Of a DNA stretch of 64,000 nt, positions 28,868 through 39,746 are shown piece after piece (position 1 is the first letter of the stretch; each line of letters opens with the position of its first letter). The DNA is from Spirulina sp. (GTDB lineage Bacteria; Cyanobacteriota; Cyanobacteriia; Phormidesmidales; Phormidesmidaceae): positions 1-64,000 of the forward strand of contig JBIPSI010000004.1 in assembly GCA_044070495.1 (NCBI GenBank), read 5' to 3'. The notes under the pieces are model-generated. The model did no database searches. It worked only from the letters and a program-made list of their open reading frames with translations, and had not been told where the DNA came from. The translations under genes were made by a program, and so were the position numbers.

Positions 28868-28887
28868 CTGAGTACTGAACCGAGGTT

Positions 28888-29508
28888 CTAGGCCACAAAG
28901 GCCATTTGCCAAAAGGATGTTTCTAGGTTGGCGATGCGCAGGAAGGTGGTGGAGGCGAGGGCTTGGGTGTGGTCGCTGGCCTGGGTGAGTACCTCATCGG
29001 CCTGGGCGGCAAGGAGTTTGACGTAGTCGGTAAAGCCGGGGTTGCCCCAGCGGTCGGCAAATTCGGTGTAGGGGGCGGGCATGGGGCCAGGTTTTTGCCA
29101 GCCTTGGTTATAGGCCGCTTCGATGGCCCAGAGGGCGGTGGCCTGGACGGGGTAGGGTTCTAGCACCAGGCCCGCCATGAAGTCGCAGTATTGGGAACAG
29201 GTGGCTTGGCGGGGAGCCTCTAGGGTCAACCCCCGTTCCTCCGCCTTGGCCTGGAACCAGAGGAGTTCATCCTTGAGGGCGACTAAGCCTGCTAACAGCA
29301 CATCCAAATGATGATCGGGGGCGGCGGACAGCATCTTGCCCACCATGCGGGTGAAGTCTTTCACAAACAGGTAATCCTGCACCAGCCAGGTATTGAACTG
29401 GGCGGCGGTGATGGTACCCCGCTGGCATCCGGTCAAAAACGGATGGACGGTGGCCCGTTCCCAGGCCTCGGCATGGATAGTGACCAAATCCTTGCAGATC
29501 AAAGTCAT
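28888..29508 (-). CDS. TenA/THI-4 family protein (TenA_E type, thiamine salvage)
   Basis: HPFL, WLVQDYLF, ELLWF, AIEAAY, RWGN and E.SFWQMA motifs. Confidence 0.85.
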   Translation of the reverse strand: MTLICKDLVTIHAEAWERATVHPFLTGCQRGTITAAQFNTWLVQDYLFVKDFTRMVGKMLSAAPDHHLDVLLAGLVALKDELLWFQAKAEERGLTLEAPRQATCSQYCDFMAGLVLEPYPVQATALWAIEAAYNQGWQKPGPMPAPYTEFADRWGNPGFTDYVKLLAAQADEVLTQASDHTQALASTTFLRIANLETSFWQMAFVA

Positions 29509-29827
29509 CGGTACGTCCTGATTGTTGCGTTTGCCCATAACTCTATAGCAAAAGGCGGCTGAAAATAGCGATGTTCCACCTAAAGAGGGGGGTAAGTCAG
29601 AAACGTTGGGCAGCGCCTAGGGAAATCCCCCTACAGTGCCGGGATAGCAGCGGATGACGGCACTGTCCAGAGCAGCGGCAGGATGGCTCTTAGGGTAGCG
29701 GCAGGATCGCCTTAATCAAGGACGCTGTGGCCCTGGGGAACCGTCGCCGCTATCGACTACTATGCTTAATGGACGTTGCTAAATGAACGTTCCTGTTCAC
29801 CTGCTTTAGCCCACCCTGGAGATTCCC

Positions 29828-31639
29828 ATGCGCCTGTCTCAAATGCTGTTTGTTACCCTGCGGGAGAACCCGGCGGAGGCCGAAATCCCCAGCCACAAGC
29901 TGCTGCTGCGGGCGGGCTACATTCGGCGGGTGGCCAGCGGGGTGTATGCCTATATGCCGCTGCTGTGGCGGGTGCTGACCAAAATTTCTGCCATTGTGCG
30001 CGAGGAAATGAACGCGACCGGGGCGCAGGAATGTTTGCTGCCCCAGCTTCAGCCCGCCGACCTCTGGCGCGAATCGGGGCGCTGGGACACCTACACCAAG
30101 GCCGAGGGGATTATGTTTTCCCTGACGGATCGCCGTCAGCAGGAAATGGGCCTTGGCCCCACCCACGAGGAAATCATCACCGCCATTGCGCGGGATATGA
30201 TCCGCTCCTATCGCCAACTGCCGCTGCACCTGTACCAAATTCAAACCAAGTTCCGCGACGAAATTCGGCCCCGTTTCGGCCTCATGCGCGGACGCGAGTT
30301 CATCATGAAGGACGGCTACTCCTTCCACGCCGACGAGGACAGCCTGAAGCAGACCTACAACGAGATGTACACCGCCTACAGCACTATTCTGCGCCGCTGC
30401 GGGCTGGAGTTCCGCGCCGTGGATGCCGACTCTGGGGCGATTGGTGGCTCTGGCTCGACAGAATTTATGGTGCTGGCCGAGGCCGGAGAAGACGAAGTGC
30501 TCTACACCGAGGACGGTATCTACGCCGCCAACGTGGAAAAGGCCGTTTCCCTGCCCGCCGATGCCGTGCCTTCTGAGTTCAAGACCTTTGAAAAGCTCGA
30601 CACCCCCAACACGCCCACCATCGAATCCCTGGCGAAATTCCTCAAGTGTTCGCCCACCCAGATCGTCAAAAACGTCCTCTATCAGGCGGTGCTAGACAAC
30701 GGCAAGACGGTGCTGGTGATCGTCAGCATCCGGGGCGATCAGGATGTCAACGACGTAAAGCTCACCAACGAACTCACCAAACTGGCCCCCACCTACGGCG
30801 GCACCACCGTCCTCTCGCTCACCGTTCCCGACGAGGAAGCCCAGGCCAAATGGGCCGCGAAACCCCTGCCCCTGGGCTACATGGCCCCCGACTTGGGCGA
30901 CGACTATATTCAATCCGGCGTTAAAGACCTGGAACCCAAATTCCTGCGTTTGGTGGATGCCACCGCTGTTGACCTGACGGGCTTTGTTACCGGGTCAAAC
31001 GAATCCGGCTTCCACGTCGTTGGGGCCAACTGGGGCCAAGACTTCACCCTGCCCAAGATCACCGTGGATGTGCGTAAAGCCATGGCAGGAGATCGGGCCG
31101 TCCACGACCCCGGCCAGCTTTTGCAAACCGCACGGGGCATCGAAATCGGCCATATCTTCCAGCTTGGCATCAAATATTCCAACGCACTGGGGGCCACCTA
31201 CACCAGCGAAAGCGGCGACTATGTGCCCCTGGTGATGGGCTGCTACGGCATTGGGGTTTCCCGGTTGGCCCAGGCGGCAGTAGAACAGTCCTACGACAAA
31301 AACGGCATCGTCTGGCCCGTGGCCATTGCTCCCTACCACGCCATCGTGGTTGTCCCCAACATTGGCGACGAGAACCAAATGGCCGCCGCCACCGAGATCT
31401 ACACCGCCCTCAACGCCGCCGGAGTAGAAACCCTGCTGGATGACCGCGACGAACGGGCGGGCGTGAAGTTCAAAGACTCCGAACTGATCGGCATTCCCTA
31501 CCGCATCGTCACCGGACGCGCCCTAGCCGATGGCTTTGTGGAAGTGGTGGATCGGGCCACCGGAGAAGCCGAAGAAATCGCCCTGGATGCGGTGGTAGAC
31601 ATCATCAAAGACCGAGTCGCCGCCGCCCTGGCTGGGTAG
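29828..31639 (+). CDS. proS: Proline--tRNA ligase
   Basis: [24 protein letters not shown], editing domain, GIEIGHIF and GCYGIG motifs. Confidence 0.98.
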   Translation: MRLSQMLFVTLRENPAEAEIPSHKLLLRAGYIRRVASGVYAYMPLLWRVLTKISAIVREEMNATGAQECLLPQLQPADLWRESGRWDTYTKAEGIMFSLTDRRQQEMGLGPTHEEIITAIARDMIRSYRQLPLHLYQIQTKFRDEIRPRFGLMRGREFIMKDGYSFHADEDSLKQTYNEMYTAYSTILRRCGLEFRAVDADSGAIGGSGSTEFMVLAEAGEDEVLYTEDGIYAANVEKAVSLPADAVPSEFKTFEKLDTPNTPTIESLAKFLKCSPTQIVKNVLYQAVLDNGKTVLVIVSIRGDQDVNDVKLTNELTKLAPTYGGTTVLSLTVPDEEAQAKWAAKPLPLGYMAPDLGDDYIQSGVKDLEPKFLRLVDATAVDLTGFVTGSNESGFHVVGANWGQDFTLPKITVDVRKAMAGDRAVHDPGQLLQTARGIEIGHIFQLGIKYSNALGATYTSESGDYVPLVMGCYGIGVSRLAQAAVEQSYDKNGIVWPVAIAPYHAIVVVPNIGDENQMAAATEIYTALNAAGVETLLDDRDERAGVKFKDSELIGIPYRIVTGRALADGFVEVVDRATGEAEEIALDAVVDIIKDRVAAALAG

Positions 31640-32539
31640 ATGGGTGAACGGGTTTCTGGGATAGACCTGGCACAGTGGCGCAATCGGGCGATGGCCGAGG
31701 CCCACGCGGCAGGCATTGACTCGCAAGAGGTGGACTGGCTGCTGCGGGCGATTAGTGATGTGGATAGCCTCACTCTGCGGTTGGGGCTGTCCACAAGGGC
31801 AGGCGTTGACCTGAAATTGTCCTTGGCCGACCTAGACCAGCGCTGGCAGCAGCGGCTTCAGCAGCGTGTACCCGTGCAGTATCTCGTGGGCGAAACCCCC
31901 TGGCGGCAGTTTTCCCTAAAAGTCTCTCCGGCGGTACTGATCCCCCGTCCCGAAACGGAGTTAATTATTGATCTTGCGGTCGATGCCGTGGAACGCAGCC
32001 CCCAACGGGACGCCCTCGCCACCGGAATTTGGGTGGATATGGGCACCGGCAGCGGAGCCATCGCCCTTGGGTTAGCCGATGCCTTCCCCCAGGCCCAAAT
32101 TCTCGCTGTGGATCAAAGCATCGATGCCCTCGCCATCGCCCAAGAAAACATCCAGCGTTACAGCCTCACCGACCGCATTACCCTGTGCCACGGGTCTTGG
32201 TTTCAGCCCTTGGCGGCCTATCGAGGCAAGCTCAGTGCCGTGGTCTCCAACCCGCCTTACATTCCCTCTGGCGTGTTGCCAACCCTTCAGACCGAAGTGA
32301 TTGATCACGAACCCACCACCGCCCTCGATGGCGGCCCCGATGGCCTCGATGATCTGCGTATCCTCGCCACCCAAGCCCCGGATTACCTGATTGCTGGCGG
32401 GCTGTGGCTGGCGGAAATGATGGCGGGGCAGGGCCAAGCCGTCACAGACTTACTCACCCAAGTGGGAGACTACCAAGACCTTCAGGTGATCGAAGACCTG
32501 GCTGGACGGGATCGGTTTACCTTGGCGTTTCGTCGGTGA
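31640..32539 (+). CDS. prmC: Release factor glutamine methyltransferase
   Basis: VLIPRPETE, DMGTGSGAIA, SNPPY and ALDGG motifs. Confidence 0.95.
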   Translation: MGERVSGIDLAQWRNRAMAEAHAAGIDSQEVDWLLRAISDVDSLTLRLGLSTRAGVDLKLSLADLDQRWQQRLQQRVPVQYLVGETPWRQFSLKVSPAVLIPRPETELIIDLAVDAVERSPQRDALATGIWVDMGTGSGAIALGLADAFPQAQILAVDQSIDALAIAQENIQRYSLTDRITLCHGSWFQPLAAYRGKLSAVVSNPPYIPSGVLPTLQTEVIDHEPTTALDGGPDGLDDLRILATQAPDYLIAGGLWLAEMMAGQGQAVTDLLTQVGDYQDLQVIEDLAGRDRFTLAFRR

Positions 32540-32730
32540 CGGAGATCCCCTGTCACCCCAGATCCCAGGGTTCTGCGATGGGTCACACCGATGGCTCTGT
32601 GTCAGCCGTGAGAACCCTGGGATCTAGCCCTCACACGGAGATCCCCTGTCACCCTAGATCCCAGGGTTCTGCTATGGGTCACACCGATGGCCTTGCATTA
32701 GCCGCTAGAACCCTGGGATCTGGCCCTCAC
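32539..32730. repeat. Two tandem 96-bp units, each with AGATCCCAGGGTTCT / AGAACCCTGGGATCT arms around a 36-nt core
   Basis: Units start at 32539 and 32635; the cores are partly diverged. Confidence 0.9.
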
Positions 32731-32875
32731 CCGAATCTGGCCCCTTTCCCTCTCCCCTGCGCCCCAAAACCCTCGGAACTGGGCACAATGCTATCCTAGA
32801 CGGGACTTGCTGCATGGGTTTTGCGGGGCAACCGTTGGGGATCATCTCTAACTAGGTTCGCCGCTAAAGAGAGTT

Positions 32876-34846
32876 ATGGACAACGCCTTCGAGCTAACGC
32901 TGCAAATGGTGCTGACGGTTTTAGCCGGGGTGACTGCTCAGGTGGTGGGCGAGTTTGCGCGGGTGCCCAGCATCATTTTTTTGCTGATCTTTGGCATTGG
33001 CCTAGGGCCGGATGGGCTGGGGCTGATTCATCCCCAATCTTTGGGGGTGGGGCTGGAGGTGATGGTCTCCCTCAGTGTGGCGCTAATTTTGTTTGAGGGC
33101 GGCCTCAGTCTGGAGCTGAGCGAGTTGGGTCAGGTGTCTAGCAGCTTGCGGAATCTGGTTACCATTGGCGTGTTTGTCACCCTGATTGGCGGCGGCGTGG
33201 CGGCCCACTGGCTGGGGGAATTTCCCTGGTCGCTGGCCTTTCTCTATGCCTCCCTGGTGGTGGTGACTGGCCCCACGGTGATTACCCCCCTGCTGCGTCA
33301 GGTACAGGTGGATCGCAAGGTCTCCACCCTGCTGGAGGGAGAGGGGGTGCTGATCGACCCAGTGGGGGCGGTGCTGGCCGTGGTGGTGCTGGGCATCATC
33401 CTCAATGGCGACGCCAACCCAGGGGCGGTAGTCGGTGGTCTGACCCTGCGCCTGGGCATTGGTACAGTGATTGGGGCCATCGGCGGCGGGCTGATCGGCT
33501 GGTTCCTGAAGCGGGCCAGTTTTGTGAGTGACGACCTGCGGAACCTGGTGGTGCTGGCGGGGCTGTGGGGCATTTTTGGCCTCGCCCAAACGGTTCGCAG
33601 TGAATCGGGTCTGATGGCGACGGTGGTGGCGGGGCTGGTGGTGCGTGCCCTCTCGGTGCCCGACGAACGGCTGCTACGGCGCTTTAAGGGCCAGCTTACG
33701 GTGCTGGCGGTGTCGGTGCTGTTCATTCTGCTGGCGGCGGATCTCTCCATTGCCAGTGTGTTTGCCCTGGGCTGGGGGGCGGTGGGCACGGTGCTGGTGT
33801 TGATGCTGCTGGTGCGGCCCGTCAGTATTTGGCTCTGCACCCAGTCCAGCGATATGAACTGGCGGCAAAAGATCTTTCTCGGCTGGATTGCCCCCCGTGG
33901 CATTGTGTCGGCCTCGGTGGCCTCGCTGTTTGCCATTTTGCTGACGGAAAAGGGGATTAGCGGCGGCGATGCCATTAAGGCCCTAGTCTTTCTCACCATT
34001 ATTATGACGGTGCTGGTGCAGGGGTTGACCGCCCGCTGGGTGGCCCGCTGGCTGGGCATCGCCAAAACCGAGGCGGTGGGGGCCGTGGTGGTGGGCTGCA
34101 ATCCCCTCAGTTTGCTGATCGCCCGCCTAATCCAAGATTATGGCGACCCCGTGGTGCTGATCGACACCAACGACACCGCCCAGGATGAAGCCGCCAAGGA
34201 GGGCATTCAAGTGTTAACCAGCAGCGCCCTCGACCACGATGTGTTGGAGCAGGCTGGACTGAGCCGAGTCGGCACGTTCCTGGCCATCACCAAAAACGGC
34301 GAGGTGAATGCCGTGGTGGCCCAACGCGCCCTAGAGGAATTTCAGCCCCCCAGGGTGATCGCCGTGATGCCCAAGGACAAAGACCTGGGCGACCTGCCCA
34401 ACCAAGGCAAGCTGAAGGAGGCCCAAACCCCCAGCCTCTCTTTGAAAAAGTGGAACCGCTACATTACCGATGGCGAAGTGCGCCTGGGGGAAACTCGCCT
34501 GCGCTCCGACGCCACCGAACTGCAACAGGCTCACCTAGCGGCTCTAGTGCGCGGCGGCGAAATGATTCCCCTGCTGGTAGAACGGGACGGTAGCCTCCAG
34601 ATCGCCCTCGGCCAAGACGCCTGGAAGGTGGGGGATCGCCTCATCTACTTGCTCCACGACGCCACCCCCAAACTGCTCAAACGCCTGGGGGGCGGCACCC
34701 AACCCACCAAACTTACCCCCGAACCCCTGCCCACCGTGGAGGATGTGCCCCTTGCTCCACCGCCGCCCGTAACCGAATCCCTCCCTACCCTGCCCCTCCC
34801 CGATCCCCTCAATGGCGGGAATTCACAGGATTCATCCTTGGGTTAA
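32876..34846 (+). CDS. CPA1 (NhaP-type) cation:proton antiporter with TrkA-N-like domain
   Basis: ILFEGGL, VVTGPTV, EGVLIDP and PRGIV motifs; C-terminal Rossmann-like domain. Confidence 0.9.
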   Translation: MDNAFELTLQMVLTVLAGVTAQVVGEFARVPSIIFLLIFGIGLGPDGLGLIHPQSLGVGLEVMVSLSVALILFEGGLSLELSELGQVSSSLRNLVTIGVFVTLIGGGVAAHWLGEFPWSLAFLYASLVVVTGPTVITPLLRQVQVDRKVSTLLEGEGVLIDPVGAVLAVVVLGIILNGDANPGAVVGGLTLRLGIGTVIGAIGGGLIGWFLKRASFVSDDLRNLVVLAGLWGIFGLAQTVRSESGLMATVVAGLVVRALSVPDERLLRRFKGQLTVLAVSVLFILLAADLSIASVFALGWGAVGTVLVLMLLVRPVSIWLCTQSSDMNWRQKIFLGWIAPRGIVSASVASLFAILLTEKGISGGDAIKALVFLTIIMTVLVQGLTARWVARWLGIAKTEAVGAVVVGCNPLSLLIARLIQDYGDPVVLIDTNDTAQDEAAKEGIQVLTSSALDHDVLEQAGLSRVGTFLAITKNGEVNAVVAQRALEEFQPPRVIAVMPKDKDLGDLPNQGKLKEAQTPSLSLKKWNRYITDGEVRLGETRLRSDATELQQAHLAALVRGGEMIPLLVERDGSLQIALGQDAWKVGDRLIYLLHDATPKLLKRLGGGTQPTKLTPEPLPTVEDVPLAPPPPVTESLPTLPLPDPLNGGNSQDSSLG

Positions 34847-34925
34847 CTTTCCAACAGGTCAATCACACAGTCCCTCGGAAGGGGGAACATTAGGGAAACC
34901 ATCTACTCCCTGACTTGGTTTCGCT

Positions 34926-37727
34926 ATGACCCATGACCCCCCTCCAACCTCCCCTACGCCACAGTTGCCTTGGCATTTGTGGATTGTTTTGCTCTGCGGG
35001 ACATTGAGTTTAGGGATCGGTGTGGTGGTGGCATGGCCTCTCAAATGGGGCGATAACCTAGGCACGCAACTGCCGGGATTGTCCAAGGAGGTCAGCGCCC
35101 TGCTGGATCCGGTGGCCAATGTCATTTTGTTGCAGGGCGTTTTGCTAGCGGTGCTGGTGGCGGGGCTGTTGCGGGTGGATCAACGGCTGCGGGCTAATGC
35201 TAGGACGATCAAACACCTCAGCGACCAACAGGCTGCCACCGCCTCGGCCCTAGAATCTATCCTAGAATCCACCGCCGATGGCATTTTAGTGCTCGATCAG
35301 ACCATGCATCTGACCCACTGGAACCAGCGCTTCCTCAAGATGTGGAGCATTCCTGCGGCATTGGCAGAGGAGGTGCGTAGCGGTAGTGGAATCCCCAATT
35401 TCTATCCCGTTGTGCTCGATCAACTTCAGGATCCCGACCAGTTCCGTCGGGCCACCGAGGCGATGATGGCGGCGATGGACAAAAAGACGATGGATGTCAT
35501 CACCCTCAAGGACGGGCGGATTTTTGAACGCCATGCCCGCCCCCAGTGGCAAGGGAAGCAGGCGGTGGCCAAGGTACTCAGCTATCGGGATGTAACGGAA
35601 CGCTACCGGGCCGAAGCCGTCCTGCGAGACAGTGAGGAGCGCTATCGATCCCTAGTGTCGGCCCTGGCGGAGGGGATTGTGTTGCAGGATGCCGAGGGGG
35701 TGGTGCAGGCCAGCAACGACCGAGCCGAGGAGATCCTGGGCCTCAGCATGGAGCAATTGCAAGGGCGCACCTCGTCAGATCCGCGCTGGCGCAGCATCCA
35801 CGAAGACGGCACCCCCTTTGCCGGAGAAGATCATCCCGCCATGGTGGCCCTTCGCACCGGGGAACCCTGCCGCCATGTGGTGATGGGCGTCCACAAACCC
35901 AGCGGCGAACTCACCTGGATTTCCATCAATTCTCAGCCGATGACCCGTCCTGGGGAGGAAAAGCCCTACGCCGTGGTCACTTCCTTTGCCGATATCACCG
36001 ACCGCAAGCACGTGGAAGAGATGCTCTTCTACGAAAAAGAACTGGCCCAGGTGACGCTGCACTCCATCGGCGATGCGGTGGTAACGACGGATGTGGCGGG
36101 GCGGGTGCAGTTTATCAACCCGGTGACGGAAAGCCTGACCGGATGGAGCTTGGCGGAGGCCCTAGGCCGACCGATCTCTGAGATCATTCGCCTGCTGAAC
36201 GAGGAGACCCGCGAATCCGTCGAAAATCCGGTTTTCCAAGCTTTGCGGGAAAGTACCATCGTTGAATTGGCGACGGACACCGTGCTTCTGTCCCGCGATG
36301 GCCGCGAAATCGCCATTGATGACTCCGCTGGCCCGATTCGGGATCGCAAAGGGCGCACCGTGGGGGCGGTGATGGTGTTCCACGATGTCACCCAGGCACG
36401 GCAGCTCACCCGTCAGGTCTTTTGGCAGGCCATGCACGACCCCCTCACTGGCTTGGTCAACCGTCGCGCCTTCGAGCACCGCCTAGAGCAGGCCATCCAC
36501 AACGCCCAGATTTATAACGATGGCCATGTGCTCTGCTACCTCGACCTCGACAAGTTCAAAATTGTCAACGATACCTGTGGACACAAAGTGGGGGATGAAT
36601 TGCTGCGCCAAATCACCGCCCTGCTGCAAACCCACATCCGCAAAACCGACACTCTAGCCCGCCTAGGGGGCGACGAATTTGGCCTCTTGCTGAACCAGTG
36701 TGAGCTAGACCAGGGGCTAAAGGTGGCGGACATTGTGCGAGAAACGGTGCAGGATTTTCGCTTCACCTGGGATAACCACCTCTTTACCATCGGCGTCAGC
36801 ATTGGCGTGGTGCCCATCACGGCCCAGGTGCGCGATCTAGAAACGCTGTTGGTCTCTGCCGATGCCGCCTGCTATGCCGCCAAAAACGGGGGCCGCAATC
36901 GGGTGCATCTCTTCCAAGCCGATGACGATGACCTGGTGCAACAACAGGGGGATATTCGCTGGGCCAACCGCATCACCTCTGCCCTAGAGCACCAGCAGTT
37001 TTGTCTGTTTGTACAGACCATCCAACCCACCCAGCGCCAGCCCCACCAGCTCGACCATGCCGAGGTGCTGATTCGCCTGATGGAGGACGATGGTACCCTG
37101 ATTCCGCCCATGGCCTTTATTCCCGCCGCCGAGCGCTACGGCATGATTGGGGCCATTGACCGCTGGGTGGTGAGCACCCTATTCCAAAACTGGGATCAGG
37201 TGCAGCCCGCCGCCGACCAGCCCCCCATGCAGTACGCCATTAATCTTTCGGCCAGTAGCCTCACAGACGACCGCATGATCGATTTTCTCCAGCAGCAGTT
37301 CATCGATTATCGAGTGCCGCCCCATCTCATCTGCTTTGAAATTACCGAAACAGCGGCGGTCGCCAACCTCGCCAAGGCCAGCCAATTCATTCAGCAGTTG
37401 CGGAAATTGGGCTGCCACTTTGCCCTCGACGACTTCGGTAGCGGCATGTCCTCCTTCACTTATCTCAAACACCTGCCCGTGGACTACCTCAAAATTGACG
37501 GCAGCTTCGTCAAAGACATGGTGGACGACCCCATCGACAGCGCCATGGTGGAAGCCATCAGCCGCATTAGCCAGGTGATGGGTCTTAAAACCGTGGCAGA
37601 ATACGTGGAAAACGATGCCATTCTCCAATGCCTGGAGGCTCTGGGGGTAGACTTTGCCCAGGGCTTTGGGATCGCCAAACCCATCCCCCTACTTGGCCCC
37701 TGTGTGTTATCCCCCCCACGGGGCTAA
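34926..37727 (+). CDS. Membrane-anchored PAS-PAS-PAS-GGDEF-EAL c-di-GMP protein
   Basis: Two TM segments, three PAS/PAC domains, RKTD I-site plus GGDEF, then EVL, EITET, DDFGSG and KIDGSF. Confidence 0.93.
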   Translation: MTHDPPPTSPTPQLPWHLWIVLLCGTLSLGIGVVVAWPLKWGDNLGTQLPGLSKEVSALLDPVANVILLQGVLLAVLVAGLLRVDQRLRANARTIKHLSDQQAATASALESILESTADGILVLDQTMHLTHWNQRFLKMWSIPAALAEEVRSGSGIPNFYPVVLDQLQDPDQFRRATEAMMAAMDKKTMDVITLKDGRIFERHARPQWQGKQAVAKVLSYRDVTERYRAEAVLRDSEERYRSLVSALAEGIVLQDAEGVVQASNDRAEEILGLSMEQLQGRTSSDPRWRSIHEDGTPFAGEDHPAMVALRTGEPCRHVVMGVHKPSGELTWISINSQPMTRPGEEKPYAVVTSFADITDRKHVEEMLFYEKELAQVTLHSIGDAVVTTDVAGRVQFINPVTESLTGWSLAEALGRPISEIIRLLNEETRESVENPVFQALRESTIVELATDTVLLSRDGREIAIDDSAGPIRDRKGRTVGAVMVFHDVTQARQLTRQVFWQAMHDPLTGLVNRRAFEHRLEQAIHNAQIYNDGHVLCYLDLDKFKIVNDTCGHKVGDELLRQITALLQTHIRKTDTLARLGGDEFGLLLNQCELDQGLKVADIVRETVQDFRFTWDNHLFTIGVSIGVVPITAQVRDLETLLVSADAACYAAKNGGRNRVHLFQADDDDLVQQQGDIRWANRITSALEHQQFCLFVQTIQPTQRQPHQLDHAEVLIRLMEDDGTLIPPMAFIPAAERYGMIGAIDRWVVSTLFQNWDQVQPAADQPPMQYAINLSASSLTDDRMIDFLQQQFIDYRVPPHLICFEITETAAVANLAKASQFIQQLRKLGCHFALDDFGSGMSSFTYLKHLPVDYLKIDGSFVKDMVDDPIDSAMVEAISRISQVMGLKTVAEYVENDAILQCLEALGVDFAQGFGIAKPIPLLGPCVLSPPRG

Positions 37728-37840
37728 GGTAATTCCTGGCATCGCAGGATTTCAGCGGCGGCGAATCTCGCCAAGGCGGACGATCCACATTAAGATACTC
37801 AAAGACACCCCAAACTAGCCGCTAATCCTTGGTTTGACCT

Positions 37841-39025
37841 ATGTCAATTATTGAAACTAAGACCGAACCCATGGTGATCAACCTGGGGCCACACCATCCC
37901 TCCATGCACGGGGTGTTGCGCCTGATTGTCACCCTGGATGGCGAAGATGTGCTCGACTGCGAGCCGGTGATTGGCTACCTGCACCGAGGTATGGAGAAAA
38001 TCGCCGAAAGCCGCACGAACGTAATGTTTGTGCCCTACGTCAGCCGTTGGGACTATGCGGCGGGGATGTTTAACGAGGCGATCACCGTCAACGCGCCGGA
38101 GAAGCTGGCGGACATTGAAGTGCCGAAGCGGGCCAGCTACATCCGGGTGATCATGCTGGAGCTAAACCGCATCGCCAACCACCTGCTCTGGCTTGGCCCC
38201 TTTTTGGCCGACGTGGGTGCCCAAACCCCCTTCTTCTATATCTTCCGCGAACGGGAAATGATCTACGACCTGTGGGAAGCGGCCACGGGGATGCGCCTGA
38301 TCAACAACAACTATTTCCGCATTGGCGGCGTGGCGGCGGATTTGCCCTACGGCTGGATCGATAAGTGCCTAGACTTCTGCGACTACTTCCTGCCCAAGGT
38401 AGACGAGTACGAAAAACTGATCACCAACAACCCCATCTTCCGCCGCCGCATCGAGGGCATCGGCACGATCACGCGGGATGAAGCCATTGCCTGGGGGCTG
38501 TCTGGCCCCATGCTGCGCGGTTCTGGCGTCAAGTGGGATCTGCGGAAGGTAGACCACTACGAATGCTACGACGAACTCGACTGGGACATCCACTACGAAA
38601 CCGCTGGCGACTGCATGGCCCGCTACCAGGTGCGGGTGCGGGAAATGCGCGAATCGGTGAAGATCATTCGCCAAGCCTGTAAGCAAATTCCCGGTGGCCC
38701 CTTCGAGAACCTAGAGGCCAAGCGCATCGCCGAAGGCCCCAAATCCGAATGGAACGGCTTCGACTACCAGTTCATCGGCAAGAAAATTGCCCCCACCTTC
38801 AAAATTCCCGCTGGCGAACACTACGTCCGCCTAGAAAGCGGCAAGGGCGAACTGGGCGTGTTCATCATGGGCGACGACAACGTCTTCCCCTGGCGATTCA
38901 AAATCCGCGCCGCCGACTTCAACAACCTGCAAATTCTGCCCCACCTGCTGAAGGGCGTAAAGGTGGCCGACATCATGGCCATCCTCGGCAGCATCGATGT
39001 CATCATGGGGTCGGTAGATCGCTAG
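37841..39025 (+). CDS. ndhH: NAD(P)H-quinone oxidoreductase subunit H
   Basis: [22 protein letters not shown] and C-terminal DVIMGSVDR. Confidence 0.98.
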   Translation: MSIIETKTEPMVINLGPHHPSMHGVLRLIVTLDGEDVLDCEPVIGYLHRGMEKIAESRTNVMFVPYVSRWDYAAGMFNEAITVNAPEKLADIEVPKRASYIRVIMLELNRIANHLLWLGPFLADVGAQTPFFYIFREREMIYDLWEAATGMRLINNNYFRIGGVAADLPYGWIDKCLDFCDYFLPKVDEYEKLITNNPIFRRRIEGIGTITRDEAIAWGLSGPMLRGSGVKWDLRKVDHYECYDELDWDIHYETAGDCMARYQVRVREMRESVKIIRQACKQIPGGPFENLEAKRIAEGPKSEWNGFDYQFIGKKIAPTFKIPAGEHYVRLESGKGELGVFIMGDDNVFPWRFKIRAADFNNLQILPHLLKGVKVADIMAILGSIDVIMGSVDR

Positions 39026-39055
39026 GGTGCCCCAGCCTGAATGGCCCTGATCATA

Positions 39056-39086
39056 AAACCCCAGGGTTCTTACCACCCTGGGGTTT
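39056..39086. terminator. Hairpin between convergent ndhH and DUF6464 genes; likely terminator
   Basis: AAACCCCAGGGT-N7-ACCCTGGGGTTT. Confidence 0.6.
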
Positions 39087-39222
39087 GCTTTGGTTTATCC
39101 ATAACGGTACAGAAATCGCGGTGTACCCCCCGTCATTTCCGTGACCATGGCGATCCATGCACTCCCATTGTCTAGGCCGCTGGGTTAACTCCAATGGGTC
39201 GGATTATTGCCCATCCGCCGGA

Positions 39223-39534
39223 TCAAAACTGCCGATCAAACACCTTGGGGGCATAGGCGCTACAGCCATCACAAGGCCCCATGGGGTTCATCGCACAGCG
39301 CAGGTAAGGGGAACGGGCATTGAGGTCGCAGGTGATGTCGCCAATCATATAGCCCATGCCATCGACGTAGTGCAGGTCGTCATTGCCCTCCACTAACCGA
39401 GAAAGACCGCTACGCAGAGAGCCATCGCCCATGGCATCGTAGCCCTTTTCAGCGCGATCCTCGCGGACACTGAGGTAGGCCGAAATACAGGCAGGCGCAA
39501 GACCCACAACGAAAATGAGGACGATGATCAGCAT
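39223..39534 (-). CDS. DUF6464-like small Cys-rich membrane protein
   Basis: N-terminal TM; IGDITC.LNARSPYLRCAMNP.GPC..C..Y motif. Confidence 0.75.
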   Translation of the reverse strand: MLIIVLIFVVGLAPACISAYLSVREDRAEKGYDAMGDGSLRSGLSRLVEGNDDLHYVDGMGYMIGDITCDLNARSPYLRCAMNPMGPCDGCSAYAPKVFDRQF

Positions 39535-39746
39535 GGATGGCGATAAGAAATTGGCAAAATTATCCTAACCTGCTCCATAGACCTCCTTGTTTTTCTCCCC
39601 AGAGATTGGTACGTTGCGTTGCGTTCCTTATTGATCTGTAACGTAGCGCACGATCCTTTAAGGGCAGGTAGCCTTTAAAAGCAGGGCAGGGCTGAGCAAC
39701 GGGTCAGCGGCGTTTTGTAGGCAGTGAGATAAGTGAGATACAGTCC

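Noticed and set aside
29540..29820. TPP riboswitch for tenA or T-box for proS
   Set aside because: No CTGAGA/ACCTGA TPP core or T-box motif was recognised
29776..30576. Long alternative-frame and antisense ORFs over proS (also over the antiporter, sqr, ffh and RND genes)
   Set aside because: Expected by-products of GC-rich codon bias, with no recognisable motifs
32539..32730. Mini-CRISPR (repeat plus 36-nt spacer)
   Set aside because: The arms are inverted rather than direct, and the two cores are homologous, so this is a tandem duplication
32404..32799. 131-aa ORF with a duplicated peptide
   Set aside because: Read-through of the 96-bp tandem repeat, overlapping prmC out of frame
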